NCBI GenBank assembly: GCA_964016885.1
Contig: OZ024742.1
Span: 363,134,001 to 363,198,000 of the forward strand
Length of the DNA stretch: 64,000 nucleotides
Direction: 5' to 3'
DNA from: Eledone cirrhosa
Taxonomy: Eukaryota
In this document: one piece after another, positions 26,864 through 40,697 of the stretch
Numbering within the stretch: position 1 is the first letter of the stretch
How the letters are laid out: each line of letters begins with the position of its first letter
Notes under the pieces: generated by a model
Told to the model about the DNA's origin: nothing
The model's database searches: none
What the model saw: only the letters and a program-made list of their open reading frames with translations
Made by a program: the position numbers and the translations under genes

Positions 26864-26892
26864 AATAATAATAATAATAATAATAATAAATA

Positions 26893-28804
26893 ATACCTGG
26901 AACAGAGATACGGCCACTGATGAGATGAATGCTGACGGGCTAGGACAAGATGTGGTTGATATCCTAGACTTAGTGGTAGATGAATTGAACAATGATAGTG
27001 GGAAACCTATGAACCTAAGATTTGTAGACAGGAAAAAGTTAAAAGGAACAACAGCTAAGGTAAACAAAGTCATCCCATAGCTTGAATCGAGGAGCCTTCA
27101 CCAGTGCAACAATATCCTCAAAGCAACAGCAAATACGGTGAGGAAATTACTTGGTATAAAAGCGAGAGGAAACAACAAACAGAAAGATCAGAGCCTTGGT
27201 GGAAGAAACGACTGAGTGGTCAAATCAGTGAAATGAGAAATGACATTGGAAAGCTTGAGTCCCTACTGAATGGGACACTAAAAAACATAGACACTAAAAA
27301 TAGACTGGAAATAAAGTACAAAACTAGGAGGAAAAAGCTAAATATTATCATAGAGGAACTGAAGCAACGCATTGTAGCAAAGAGTGCACAAATCAGGCGA
27401 TACGAGAACAGAGTCAGTCAGTATAGACAGAACCGCATGTTTGACAACAACCAGAAGATGCTGTTTGGACAGCTTGAAGGGAAAAAAGAGGCAACGACTT
27501 GATCCCTGAGGCGGAACAAACTACAACATTCTGGAGAGGAATATGGGAGCAGGATGTTAAACATAATGATCAGGCAGTGTGGATTGAGACAGTACAGCAG
27601 GAGATTAGTGAACAGGCACACCAACACACTGATTTGAGTATCACAGTTGAAATTCTTAAGGGGCAGGCCAAAATATTAACCAACTGGAAATCACCAGGCC
27701 CAGATGGTGTGCAGGGGTGTTGGATTAAAAATATAACATCCCTCCACTCGAAACTGACAACCATGTTCAATGACTGCTTGATGTCAGGTGAGGTACCAGA
27801 GTGGTTGACAAAAGGTACCACAGTTCTGATAATGAAAGACCGAATCAAAGGTAATGATGTTACCAACTATAGACCTATCACATGTCTGTCCGTAATGTGG
27901 AAACTGTTGACAAGCATTATGTCTGAGGAAATCTACCATCACCTCCACACAAACAACTTGTTACCGGACGAACAGAAAGGATGCCGAAACAAGTCCCGTG
28001 GTACAAAGGACCATTTATTTATTGATAAGATGGTAATAAGGAATTGCAAGAGGACACATACTGGTCTTGCCATGGGATGGATAGACTACAAAAAGGCATT
28101 TGACATGGTGCCTCATTCTTGGATCACCAAAAGCCTAGAGATCTTCAAGGTGGCAGATAACATCAGACAGTTGTTGGACAAAAGTATGAAGTCCTGAGAA
28201 ACAGAGTTAACATCAGCTGGAGAATCCTTGAGAAGCGTGAAGATCAAGAGAGCTATCTTCCAGGGAGATAGTCTGTCCCCTCTGTTGTTTGTCCTTGCCC
28301 TGATGCCCCTGACCAGTGTACTGCGAAAAGTGAGAGCAGGATACAGGTTGGGAAAGGGAGGGCTTACCATCAATCACCTCCTCTTCATGGACGATCTTTA
28401 CCTTTTCGGGAAGAGTGAGAAGGAGTTGGATGTGCTTGTTGACACTGTCCGTATTTTCAGCAATGATATGTATGCAATTTGGTATTAGTAAGTGTGGAGT
28501 CATTGTGATGAAGAGGGGTAAATTGAGCAGAAGTAACGGAATCCAGGTAACAATAGGTGAGATGATAAAGGAAATTGACACTGAAGAAGGATACAAGTAT
28601 TTGGGTGTTCTGGAGGCTGATGACATCAAGAACGAAAAAAATGAAGGAATTGATAAGAACTGAATACATTCGGAGAGTAAGGAGCGTATTAAAGTCACAT
28701 CTGAACAGTAGGAATGCCATAAGTGAAGTAAATTCCCGAGCTGTGTCTATTATTAGGTACAGTGCGGGAATTCTGAGATGGAATGTTGCTGAACATAAAG
28801 AAAT
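26893..28804 (+). mobile_element. R4/Dong-like family B RT region, degenerate
   Basis: NWKSPGPDG, NYRPITCL, EQKGC, WIDYKKAFD, IFQGDSLSPLLF, LFMDD, YKYLG. Confidence 0.88.
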
Positions 28805-28831
28805 ATAATAATAATAATAATACTAATTGGT

Positions 28832-31800
28832 TAAGTACGTTGGTCGCGATGCCTTTGCAAAGCGCCTCGTCTAATTTTCTAACTAATTCTCCCTCTGCTC
28901 TATTTTTCTCTATCGCTAAAGCCTTACTAAACCTAATGGACTCTATTCTAATTGCTCTTTTCAGAGCAAACCACCCGTCAGCATCCGCTTAACTAGTTCG
29001 CTAATCCGGTTTCTGTAGGCCTTGCGCGCTGGTAAGGACGCGTTTAGCTTCCAGTAGCCGGGTCCTCGTCTATGAAGCCTATCTAAGTCAAGCACACAGA
29101 TCACGAATTTGTGGTCCGTGTAGCTGACTATCTTGAATTGTGGACAGCCTATGCTAGACCTATCTATTTCCCTACAAAATACTCTATCTAGATATGATCT
29201 GGATGACCCTATGCGATTTGTCCAAGTCCACATTGGTACATTCGGGAAATCCAATCGGTACCTGTCAGACAGTTCAAAATGCCTGAGCAGGTTGGTGAGA
29301 CTCTTGCACCCTCCTCCCTATCCACTAATCCCACACAGTCCCAGCGTGCATCGAAGATCCCGTTCCAGTCGCCCACTAACACTAAAGAGCGGGACGTTCC
29401 AAGAAAGGTCTCCAGACGCCGGAAGAAATCAGGCCGCCCTGCTCCTGTCGGGGCATAGACGGCCACTAGCCTGAAAGCTTGCCCGTCTCCGCTGGTCACG
29501 TCTAGCACCACCAACTTACCTTCTGGGTCTAGGAAGATGGCCCGTATGGCGAGATCCAAACCTCTCCGAAAAAGCATAGCAACTCCTCCCCCGATCCCGT
29601 ACAGCTGGGAGATGCGTACACATCGTAGCCGCCGAAGATCGGTGCGAAGGCCCGTGCTTCGGAGATTCTGGTCTCGCTGATGTCCACTACATCTATGTTT
29701 AATGACCTGAGGTCGTTGAGCAGGTGGCCCTGCTTCCATGATGACTCCAAGCCACGCGCATTTATGCTGCCTATTCTGAGTGAGGTCATGTTGAAATGGA
29801 GTGGAAAAGATGGGAAAGACCACTTACCTTACTTCTCGTAGAGGAAGGATGGTTTTTCCATCCTTTTCACTGCTTGTGGCCTTCTCAGGAAGGATGTCCT
29901 TATAAATCCTCCTGGAGAATGCTTGTCGGAAGTCTCCGATGACTTTGGGGAATTTTTGTTTTAGTGTCATGAACGTTTTCTGTGTGATGCCAGTGATTTG
30001 TATGTGTGGAGGTGGTGTGAATTTTTGGGTTGTTGTGTAGTCTTTTTCTGTGATGCTGGTGTTGTGTTGGATGTAGTGTAATAATTGGTTGTTGTTCAAA
30101 TTTAATGCTGTGTAGTGTGTATCGTTTTGGTTGTTTTGTTTTGTTTGCGTTTGTTGTGGGTTTGTTTCCGTTTCGCATTTTGGTGACTTTTGTGGTGTAG
30201 GTGATGGTGGTGTTGGGGTTAATGATGGTGATGGTGTTGGTGTCTGGGGTGATGGGGTTGGTGTTGCTGGTGTGGATGGTGGCATATCTGTCCTAACTTT
30301 TTTGTTTGTTAATTTATTTGTTTCCCTCTGTATTTTGTTTTTGGAGGGGGGAAGGAAGAGAATTTGTTTTTTTGGTTTCTTTTTTTTTTTTTCCTGATAC
30401 CGTTTCCCACTCCTCGTCCTCACAATCTGTCTCCAGTTGTGATAGGCCGGGGAGTGGAAAATACTCCACAGGCGTTAGTTTTGGTTGTGGTGTGGTGGAT
30501 GGTGTAGGCGCTGGTGCTAGTTCTGAAGCGTTGGGTGGTGGTGGTGTTGGTTTTGCTACTGTTGCTGGGGTTGTTGCTGTTATAGTTGCTTCTGTTGTTG
30601 CTGCTACAGTTGTTGCTGCCATCTCTGCTACTGGTGGTGTTGATGGTTGAGTCACTGGTGTGGGTAGGAGAGCTGGCCTCAACCTTTTAGCCTGAGGGCA
30701 GAAAGCCCTTAGGTGGGTTCCTTCACCACAAACGACACACCTAGGCCTTCTGCCCTCGACAATTGCGGTGAGGTGTGCCGTCAGTGAGGTCTATTACCTC
30801 TGGGATCTCCTCAATGCTCTTTTGGTCCGCTTGGATCAGGAGCTCCATCCCAGATTCGGACCAGTTCTCCTGCTTTTCTTTTGCTATTGCTATTATCTTG
30901 GTGTTGGCTTCGATGCCGGTGAGGACGGCCGCTATTAGCCAGGGAATTTCGATGGCCGGTGGAACGTGGGTCACCCTGATCTTTACGAGTCTCTGGCCAC
31001 AATAGCTTGGGAGGAGTGTGAAGTCGTTACTTCTTAATGGGGCCATGGAGTGTTCTCTAACCTCCTCTGGTGTTTCAAAGAAAACGTCCACGATTCCATA
31101 CTTCTGCCCACGTCTGATGTGGGTTTTTCTTGCCCACACATGTCCCAAAGCTTTTTGGATTTGGGACTCGGATGCCCGTTCCACTCGGCGCGATTTTACA
31201 TTATTTGTTCGATACGACACGGTGCATAGGCGCCGATGCTCTATTTTATTAGGTGGGGTGTGTGTGTGGGGGGGGGGGGGGGGCTGACCCTGTACCATCT
31301 TTCTTTACCATTTTTTTGGCATTTTCTAATTCCTCCTGAGTTACCGTATATGCTTCGCACTGTTTTGCTACACTGGCAAAACTCAGGGTGGTTTTTTTAA
31401 TGTCACTGTTGCTGTTGTTGTTATCGTTAATTTTGTTATTATTAATTTTAGTTTCAGTTGTGGTGTTGGTGACGTCAGTGGTGTTCGGTGTGGAAGAGTC
31501 CATTTTGGTTGAAAACATTTCGACATCACGAGTTGATTTATTCTTTCCTTTTGATTCTGTTGTCGCGGTGGTGGTGGGGGTGGTGGTTGTCGCGGTGGTG
31601 GTGGTGGTGGCGGCTTTAACACCTGCAGTCATTGGTAATGGCGGGAAATGAATGTCTGCCTGAGACAAATTTAAAATATTGCTACTGATTACATTTTTAG
31701 TATTGGCAAACGTAGTAATATTTACAATGGTGGTGTCGGTGTGAGGTGTTAGTTTATGAGGAAGGCTGGCAGCTTCGTGTGGCAGTAAGACTTCCATGTT

Positions 31801-32009
31801 TTTTTTTCAAAGTAATTTTTTTGATAATTATAAATGTTTAAATTTTGGGCACAAGGCCCCAATCTTTTTGGGTGTCCTTTTCGGAAAACAAAGTATGTGC
31901 GCTTATAAACAGTTAACAATAAAATTTTCCATAAATGGCAATTTTTAACAAACGGAAATAACAAACCATTGCGGAGCTCACGATGATACGCTTTACTACG
32001 TAGGTCGCC
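28832..32009 (-). mobile_element. Second Tx1 copy (5' UTR, ORF1, APE; 3' part missing), degenerate
   Basis: Colinear with 21630-24861; same 5' end ggcgacctacgtag abutting (AAT)n. Confidence 0.92.
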
Positions 32010-32060
<51 letters not shown>

Positions 32061-32061
<1 letters not shown>

Positions 32062-32390
32062 CTTTCTTTATTAACCACAAGGGTTTACATAAAGTAGACA
32101 TTAAGAACAGTACAGGACAATATAGGACGGTACAAATGGGCATTTCTGCATGTAAAAAAAACAGAGGATGTAATAAAAAATAACAATGAAAAATTCCCCA
32201 ATAGGGGGGAGACTTCCGAGGGACATTTGTGGAGAAAGCCCATTAAAAGGCCTATAATAATGATTTCTTTATAGGCCACAAGGGCTGATATCAAGAAAAA
32301 CATCACAGACGGAACAGGGCGGTACGATGTGGGTTTTGTGCGTGTAAATATTTTTATTATTTATATAAAAGGCCTATAATAATAATAATT
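32061..32390 (-). mobile_element. Two short Tx1 3'-end fragments separated by AAT repeats
   Basis: 32061-32250 matches 18944-19130; 32262-32350 is a more diverged match to the same terminus. Confidence 0.75.
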
Positions 32391-32394
32391 ATTA

Positions 32395-33592
32395 TTAAAG
32401 TCACATCTGAACAGTAGGAATGCCATAAATGCAGTAAATTCCCGAGCTGTGTCTATTATTAGATGTGTCTATTATTCTGAGATGGAATGTTGCTGAACAA
32501 AAGAAATGGATAGGAAGACTAGGAAGCTATTGACTATCTACAACATGTTCCACAAGAGGAGTGATGTCGATAGACTCTACCTAAGGAGATCTGAAGGTGG
32601 AAGAGGTCTTATCAGCATAGAGGACTGTGTTCAGATAGAGAAAAACAACCTACACAAATACGTGACCGAGAGTAAGGAGCCAATGCTCAGAATTGTACTG
32701 AAGGAGAGGACCATAGACCAGGGGATGTCCAAGGAGGAAATAACAAGGAGAAAGACCAACCTTCATGAAAAATCCCTTCATAGTACTTTCTTTGAGAAAA
32801 CTGAATTCAGAGATCCACAGACATGGAACTGGTTGAGGAGAGGAGACCTTAAAAAGGCTACAGAAGGAATGCTAATGCCTGCACAAGAGCAGGCCCTCAA
32901 AACGAAGTGGCTGAAACACCATATTTACAAGGAGGAGGCTAGCCCACTGTGCAGCATCTGTGGAGAGAGGAGATTGTGGCTCACATTGTATCCGAGTGTA
33001 AACACCTAGCCCAGACTGACTATAAAGGCTGGAGGCATGATGTGATGGGCAGGGTGATCCACTGGCACCTATGCAAAGTAAACAATTTACCACATTCTGA
33101 GTAGTGGTATGAGCATAAGCCAGAGTCGGTGATAGAAAACGATCAGGTGAAGGTGCTATGGGATTTTAGGATACAGACAGACAAGAAACTGAAACACAAT
33201 AGACCTGACCTGGTGGTTTTGGACAAGGAAAAAAGATCGTGCCTGATTGTGGATGTAGCATGCCCATTCGACACGAGAGTGCATGAGGAGGAGAGGGAGA
33301 AAATTAACCGATACCAGGACTTAAAGTGGGAGGTAAAAAGGATTTGGAACTGCGATGAAGTCAAAGTGATCCCGATTGTCATAGGCGCACTAGGGACTAT
33401 CTCAAAAAGTTTCCAGGGATGGTAAAAGAAAATTGGCCCCGCCCCACTTTTTGGAACACTTCAAAAGGTATGCTTGCTGGGAACAGCAAGAACCCTCCGA
33501 TACGTCCTGAATATCTGAGGCTGCAGGTAGTGGCTTGATATTCATTTCAACAAAGTTTCCAGTTAACTAATATCAATGACTGAGACTCAAAG
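32395..33592 (+). mobile_element. R4/Dong-like family B 3' part with (AAC/AAT)n tail
   Basis: DRLYLRRSEGGRGL, AQEQAL, CSICG, RPDLVV..VACPFD. Confidence 0.88.
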
Positions 33593-33994
33593 AACAACAA
33601 TAATAATAATAATAATAATAATAACCAGCACAGACATACTACAAGTTTCCTTATCTCACAATTCTAACTACATTGTGTCTTATTAGACAGTGAAAAACAC
33701 AAAATATAACAACACCATTACCAAAGGTTTCTTGATCCCAGACAATATTTCTATCCATAACATCCCCGTCTGATGACCGCTCCAGATATATATTAATATT
33801 ACATTCTGTCTTATCTTACTTTGCCATTCAACTCTTCCTCAAGCTGTATTCTAGATGTTCGATTCCATCTTTGCTGATTTCCCCACATTTTCTATTTTCT
33901 TTCTCTTTCTCTACACCCCCACACACTCACGCATACACTCACACACATACATACACACACACACATTATATATATATATATATATATATATAAA

Positions 33995-34240
33995 CAGCCG
34001 ATATATTCTTCTTCTATACCCACTTATTCCTGAGAGGGTTTGGAGACAGACTCCTGAAACACTCATGTCAGAAGCAATCGTTTCCAACTGATCCGGCTGG
34101 ATACCCAAGCAAGACCAGCTGAGTTCATGGATGTTATCCAACCATCTTGCTAGGGGTCTACCATTGGGTCTCCTACTGGTTGGTTTTGCCATCAAAATCT
34201 GTCAAGCGAGTCTTTTCAGAGACCTTCTAACCACATTCCA
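33995..34240 (-). mobile_element. RTE-like LINE 3' fragment
   Basis: AKPTSRRPNGRPLARWLDNI (GxRxxGRPxxRW motif); related to 60735-61140. Confidence 0.7.
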
Positions 34241-34670
34241 CTAGTATCAGAGCATTGATCTCTCAATTATATAGCCAATCTAACTCGACTAACTTACTGA
34301 TCACCTTGCCACACACTTTATCAACTAACTTTACTCTATCGTCCTACCTTTCACGTATTTTCCGTAGTATTAAACCATAAAACATGTCGTTATGTGGAGG
34401 CTTATATATATATTATTGAAAGTGAACAGGTGATTGGTATTTTAAATTATATGAAATTCAACATAAATTATTGATATATTTAAATTGTATTGAATTGAAA
34501 ATACAAAGACAACACCGCTGATTGGATCTGCGTGAAAATAACTGTAGTTCTCATCTATATTTATTATATTAAGTGTTGTTGACATTGTTATAAGAAATGA
34601 GCGAGACCTATCAATATAAATATATATATATTTCTCTCTCTCACTCCCCCCTTTCTCCCCTCTCGCTCTT

Positions 34671-34720
<50 letters not shown>

Positions 34721-34794
34721 ACCCTCTCTCTCTCTATTTCTCTCTCTTCGTTTCCGTATCATTTGGATTTTTAAAAAAAAAATATATATATGTA

Positions 34795-34996
34795 TATAAC
34801 AAAGGAATTGTGGTAAGGAACCAAATGGACCATAACGCACCAGAGTACTCAATACTTAGGGTAGTAGAGTGGGAAATGGGAAAAAAAGTATGACTCCGAC
34901 GGCAGAGCTCAAGCCGTTTCGACGGCTATTTCTGGACTACTAGTCCAGAAATAGCCGTCGAAACGCATTGAGCTCTGCCGTCGGGGTCATACTTTT

Positions 34997-35002
<6 letters not shown>
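34795..35002 (-). mobile_element. TA-flanked fold-back, family F (palindrome centred at ~34940)
   Basis: ~60-bp arms plus ~80-nt tail; homologous to 35683, 36940 and 57750. Confidence 0.8.
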
Positions 35003-35053
<51 letters not shown>

Positions 35054-35613
35054 CATATGTGTGTGTGTGTGTATGTATATATTTATATATATATATATAT
35101 ATTTGTGTGTGTGTCTGTGTGCGTGTATGTATATGTGTGTATGTGAGTGAGTTTATATTAGTGTGTCTGTATGAATATGTATATATATACATATATACAT
35201 ATTATCGAGGTAGTTGTGTGTCAGCCGGAAATTTTTCTGCAGAGAAAATACTATATTTGTCAACTATACATGTTTGGCCCTATATTATATCATATGTTTG
35301 CTATTCACATTGAAACCACAAAGGTGCAGTATATGACATATAACACATATATTTATGACACTTTGTTGAAAATATATTTGGAGAAAAAACATTCAGTTTG
35401 TTTACATTGATTTCATAGAAAACGATTTGTTTCATTCTAGATTGACGTTCTTTGCCAGTATTTCTATAACAGCCACCGTTTTGTAATCCCATGCTGTGCA
35501 CAATACTACGTTTCTCTATATGGCAACATGACTTATGTAAATCTCCAACCATACAAACACACACACAAACACACACACACATTTATATATTTGTATATGT
35601 ATATATATTTATA

Positions 35614-35682
<69 letters not shown>

Positions 35683-35685
<3 letters not shown>

Positions 35686-35785
35686 AAAACGTTTAAGACC
35701 CCGACGGCAGAGCTCAAGCCGTTTCGTAAGTATTGGGTACTCTGGTGCGTTATGGTCCACCTGGTTCCTTACCACACTTCCCTCG

Positions 35786-35790
<5 letters not shown>
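35683..35790 (+). mobile_element. Family F mini insert (inverted arm fused directly to the tail)
   Basis: aggaaaac..ccccgacggcagagctcaagccgtttcg followed by taagtattgggtac..ccttaccaca. Confidence 0.75.
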
Positions 35791-35827
<37 letters not shown>

Positions 35828-35866
35828 GATATTAATAAATGGAAACTATATTTATAAAACCATATT

Positions 35867-35931
35867 TATTTCATTATATATATTTCAAGGATACCAAGTT
35901 ACATTATGATATGCCTTCATCAGACAAAATA
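35867..35931 (-). ncRNA. Type I hammerhead motif
   Basis: tattttgt-CTGATGA-agg...cctt-GAAA-tatata-TA-atgaaata, overlapping AATAAA. Confidence 0.75.
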
Positions 35932-36269
35932 CAATATATAACAGTTTTATAAATAGACATTGACGTACCCCTTTTAAAAATTGACCGTTGTCAATATATA
36001 GATAGATAGATAGATAGATATATACATACATATACAATATAGATATTTGGAGACTTACATGTTACAGAAATAGTCAGAAAAAAGTCAATAGGAATATACT
36101 GTACATACGGGAATATACAGTAAAGAGGTAGATAGGTAGTTAGATAGATAGACAAATGTATATGTAGATATCTAGATATATACAGACTGTTAAATAGTTG
36201 TATATATATTTATCTAGGGAGGTGTATATATACATATATATATATATTTATATACATATATATATGTTT

Positions 36270-36892
36270 ATCCCGAGTTCAATCGGGGATAACCACAGTA
36301 AGTAAGGTACTCAATACAAAGCAGAGTATAAATATTTAATATAGAGAAGCTTCTACAGGACTAGAACTGTTTCATTCGCACAGATCCATATATGAGTGTA
36401 GCGAACCTTCACCGATGTGGTTCAATGGATGAATAAATTAAATAAATCCTCATTAATCGGAGCTATATAAAATTATACTTCTTCTGAGTCTGGAGAAATT
36501 AACTAAATAAATAATCAATTAAACGGAGCTAAGTTTAAAATGTAAGTTTGAAGAAATAATAGATACATATTTACCGATATTCCTCTAGCCACGACTGGCG
36601 AAAGTTTAGCTTGTGCTATGTGGAAATGCTGGAAATGCGTAATCGCTGCATTATCCAAGAAGCCTCGAGCTTACCAACGGACTCCCTCAGTTAGGTCCGA
36701 TTTTTTTCAAAACTGATCGTCGCCAGTAACAAATTCGAAAGGGGTGGAAATTATAACGGGGCTAGATGTCAAGATAAAAGTGTTGTGAGGGGTAGACTAG
36801 TGGCCAGTAAGTTCATTGCTAGAAGAAGCAGTTACTTATAGCCTAATTTACTCCACTGTAAGGTAAATTCTTTCTGCCTGTTCTTCAAATTC

Positions 36893-36900
<8 letters not shown>
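36270..36900 (-). mobile_element. TA-flanked PLE-type 3' end (family also at 48797-48990 and 57620-57685)
   Basis: gttcaatcgggg..cagtaagtaaggtactcaatac..ctacaggactagaactg is shared with 48797. Confidence 0.6.
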
Positions 36901-36939
<39 letters not shown>

Positions 36940-36943
<4 letters not shown>

Positions 36944-37624
36944 AACGAGTTGGACCCCGACGGCTGAGCTCAAGCCGTTTCGACGGCTAATTCTGGACTA
37001 AATGAACATTTTTATCCTGGTATTTGAATAGCCGAGCTTCTCAAGGGGTAATTCCATATATGGTCAAAGTGATTATCACAGGGATTGGTCAAAAGTTTCT
37101 AATTGAGACATAATCATTCTAATTTTTTTTTTTTTTTTACACTTAATTGCTTTTTAACACTCTCAGTATTTTTTCTATATATTTACCCCTTATTGTTCTA
37201 CTTACTGTCTCGACTTCCTCCCCCTCCCCCTCCCTAGTATCTTCTTTGACCTCACGCCCAGCTGTAGCCGGCACTATCAACGCATGAATGGGTCTCCTCC
37301 TCCCCCTCTCCCTCTTTCTCCTACTGGCAGGTTTAGCTACCCCTTCCCTCCACAAATTGCCATCATAGAATTATTATGTCTCAATTACAAACTTTTGACC
37401 AACCCCTGTGACAATCACTTTGACAATATATGGAATTACCCCTTGAGAAGCTCGGCTATTCAAATACCAGGATAAACATTTTCATTTAGTCCAGAATTAG
37501 CCGTCGAAACGGCTTGAGCTCAGCCGTCGGGGTCCAAATCGTTCCTATTACACACTCTACTACCCTAAGTATTGAGTACTTTGGTGCGTTATGGTCCACC
37601 TGGTTCCTTACCACATTTCTACCG

Positions 37625-37625
<1 letters not shown>
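36940..37625 (+). mobile_element. Family F fold-back (arms ~36940-37120 and 37368-37547, plus tail)
   Basis: ~180-bp inverted arms, 250-bp spacer, ~78-nt tail, (TA)n flanks. Confidence 0.8.
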
Positions 37626-37707
<82 letters not shown>

Positions 37708-37708
<1 letters not shown>

Positions 37709-37890
37709 AATAATTGTTTCTAGTTCTGGCACAAGGCCAGCAATTACCCCAGTGCACTACTTTATTTTATCGACACCGTAAGAATGAAAGGCAAAATTAA
37801 CCTCGGTGGGATTTGAACTCAGACCATGAAGGGAGGTAACTCTATGCTGAAAAGCATGGCGTCCGTCTCTACCGATACTGCCAATCCACC
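37708..37890 (-). mobile_element. tRNA-derived SINE
   Basis: Reverse complement of the family consensus (tggattggcagta..gg A-box-like; gagttcaaatccc B-box-like). Confidence 0.85.
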
Positions 37891-38474
37891 ACTCTATATT
37901 ATTGGTCACTTTGAAAAAATATTGGAAGTCTATTGCGATAGACGCAAGTAACGGTGTAGGTAATTAAAAACATACGATTACACTCACACTCGCACTCACA
38001 CCTATGTTAATATACGTGTCTGTGGCTATGTTTTATATTTGTCTGTGTATGTGCTTGTGTGTGTTTGTATTTATCTATGTTTGTGTATGTGTATATGTGT
38101 GTTTGAGTATGTTCGTGTGTATATGTTTGTGTTTATGTGTGTGTTGTGTATTAAGCTGTGTCACACCTAAATCTTACCAAATCTCTCTCCTCTCTTCCGT
38201 TCTATTTCACACAATTAGACTCCTATAAGTTTATTACCAGAAACAACTCCATCATTACACAAATCTAGGCTGGATTCATTTGTTTTTTTCATCATGAAGT
38301 CAGAAGATAATAAATGTATCTTTTCATTATTATAGTAAATACATGTCAATGGAAGTATAGTGAGTATTGTAATTACTATAGCAATCTGATACGTAATTCT
38401 GAAAATAACACCTGCTACAGACACTCTCCTCACACATACACACAATAACATACACAATCTCATAATCACACACA

Positions 38475-38596
<122 letters not shown>

Positions 38597-38712
38597 CATA
38601 TATATGCACATATGTATGTATGTATGTATGTAAATGTTGATGCAATTCCATTCAAGCACTCGACGTCTTTTTCCACATAAGAATGACGAAGTATATTTAG
38701 AATAAAATAATT

Positions 38713-39036
38713 ATTTCTACTTTTGGCACAAGGCCAGCAAATACCCAGTACATTACTGGTACTTTATTTTATTGACCCCGTAAGGATGAAAGGCAAAGTT
38801 AACATATATATATATGGGTGTAATATTGGTTTCTGGTTAAGGCACAAGGCCAAAAAGGGAAGGAGAAAGTCGACTAAACCAACTCCAGTGCATTATTGGT
38901 ACTTTATTTTATCAACCCCGTAAGGATGAAAGGCAAAGCAAACCTCGGTGGGATTTGAACTCAGAACGCAAAGGGCCATAACTCTATGCCACTAAGCATG
39001 TTGTCCGATGTTCTAACGATTCTGCCAATCCACCGT
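38713..39036 (-). mobile_element. Two adjacent SINE copies (38713-38802 partial; 38821-39036 full)
   Basis: Same SINE family. Confidence 0.85.
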
Positions 39037-39366
39037 CCTTTGAATGTAATATTGTTCGTACTTTTGCCTTCAAATCACAGAAGAAATAATGGGTTCCCCA
39101 TGCCGTTCTACAAAATATACACCAGTAATGTAATGCTGTCTAATATATTGAGAGCAATTCTTTGAAACCGTGCTTCTGTTTTTACCTTAACTTCTAACAT
39201 CATGCAGTAATTTATCGGAAATAAATTTTAAAAAGGTTTGATTCTTTAAACATTTATAGCAGCTTTACTGGTGGAGAAATTCTTGAGAAAATATTTAGTA
39301 TTAGGATAAATATTTTAATATAAGCAAAGTTAATTCGAACATCGAATTTGAGACAGGAATTAGATC

Positions 39367-39572
39367 TGGTAGGAAAACGGGAAAACTGGGCGTAAGGAAG
39401 TTGTTAAAACAGTAAAATGGGAAAACTGGGCTCAAGGAAACTGTTAAAAGAGCAAAATGCAGTCAATGACTGTCTCTTCTTTCAGGTAAACATTTTACCC
39501 GACGCCTTCATTGACGGTATTTTGCCGTTTTAACAGCTTCTTGTGCTGCTGAGATTTACCATTTTCCTACCA
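39367..39572. mobile_element. MITE-like inverted repeat
   Basis: tggtaggaaaa...tcaatga / tcattga...ttttcctacca imperfect arms; ~40-bp duplication in the left arm. Confidence 0.55.
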
Positions 39573-40042
39573 ATTCAAATATTTTAATGTTTACTATGAT
39601 GTAGTTATGGTGCTGTTTTGTCTTTTCAAAAAGGTATTTCCACAGTTGTTTTCTTTGGTTTGTATAATTCAAATCTTTATAATATATTTATTTGTGGGCA
39701 GACAGTTGGGAAATGTAGCAGTCGTAATATAAAGACTTTCATATTTAATGAGATACAGTGATAATGATGCTTTGTACTTTCCACGTCTTGCTAATGTGGT
39801 TTCCTATGATATAGGACGGTAAGATTTAATGTACAAAAAATGAACACTATGTAGATTAAATCATTTTAGCATCGCTGCACGAAATCTGTCATTTTCCCTC
39901 TCCCCATCACTCTCTCTCCCTGTCTCTCTAATTATTTCTCTGTACTTGTCTCTTTCTCTCTGCCCTGCTCTTTAAGCCTGTCTCCTTAACTCTCTCTATA
40001 CTTGCCTTTATGACAGTGTCCGTCTGTCTTTCTTTCTTTCAT

Positions 40043-40098
<56 letters not shown>

Positions 40099-40621
40099 TT
40101 TCCCTCTGTTGCAGCTATGAGCCTATCTCTCTGTTTCTCTATGTGCCTGATACTCTTTCTCACATATTACCTTAACCTCTCCCTCTCTCCCTCCCTCTCC
40201 CTCTCACTCCTGCACCTCCCTCTATCTTTGCTAGCCTCTCTATCTACCTCAATATTTCTCTTTCTATTGTCTCCCCCAATATGTTTATAGGAAACTTAAT
40301 AAAACAGATAATGAATGGAGGATATTTTTAGACGAATCAAAGAAATCTTAGATTATTTGTCTACTCATTTGACAATTAATCGATTTGATCTTTGTTCTGG
40401 AACTAAGCAACAACAGCATTAATAGACACAAACAATAGAAACGAAAAACAACATCAACAACATCAACATCAACAACGACAAAAGACTGATTCATTCTATA
40501 TATAGAAACAAAATTAGACATTGGAATAAGAATCCGCGTTACTGTTACATGATTATTCTCTCTCTCTTTCTCTCTCTCTCTCCCTATATAATATAAACAC
40601 ACACACATACACACACACACA

Positions 40622-40697
<76 letters not shown>

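Noticed and set aside
39470-39490. Plus-strand tctcttctttcAG|GTaaac ratchet-like site
   Set aside because: Short pyrimidine tract, weak donor, inside a MITE-like inverted repeat
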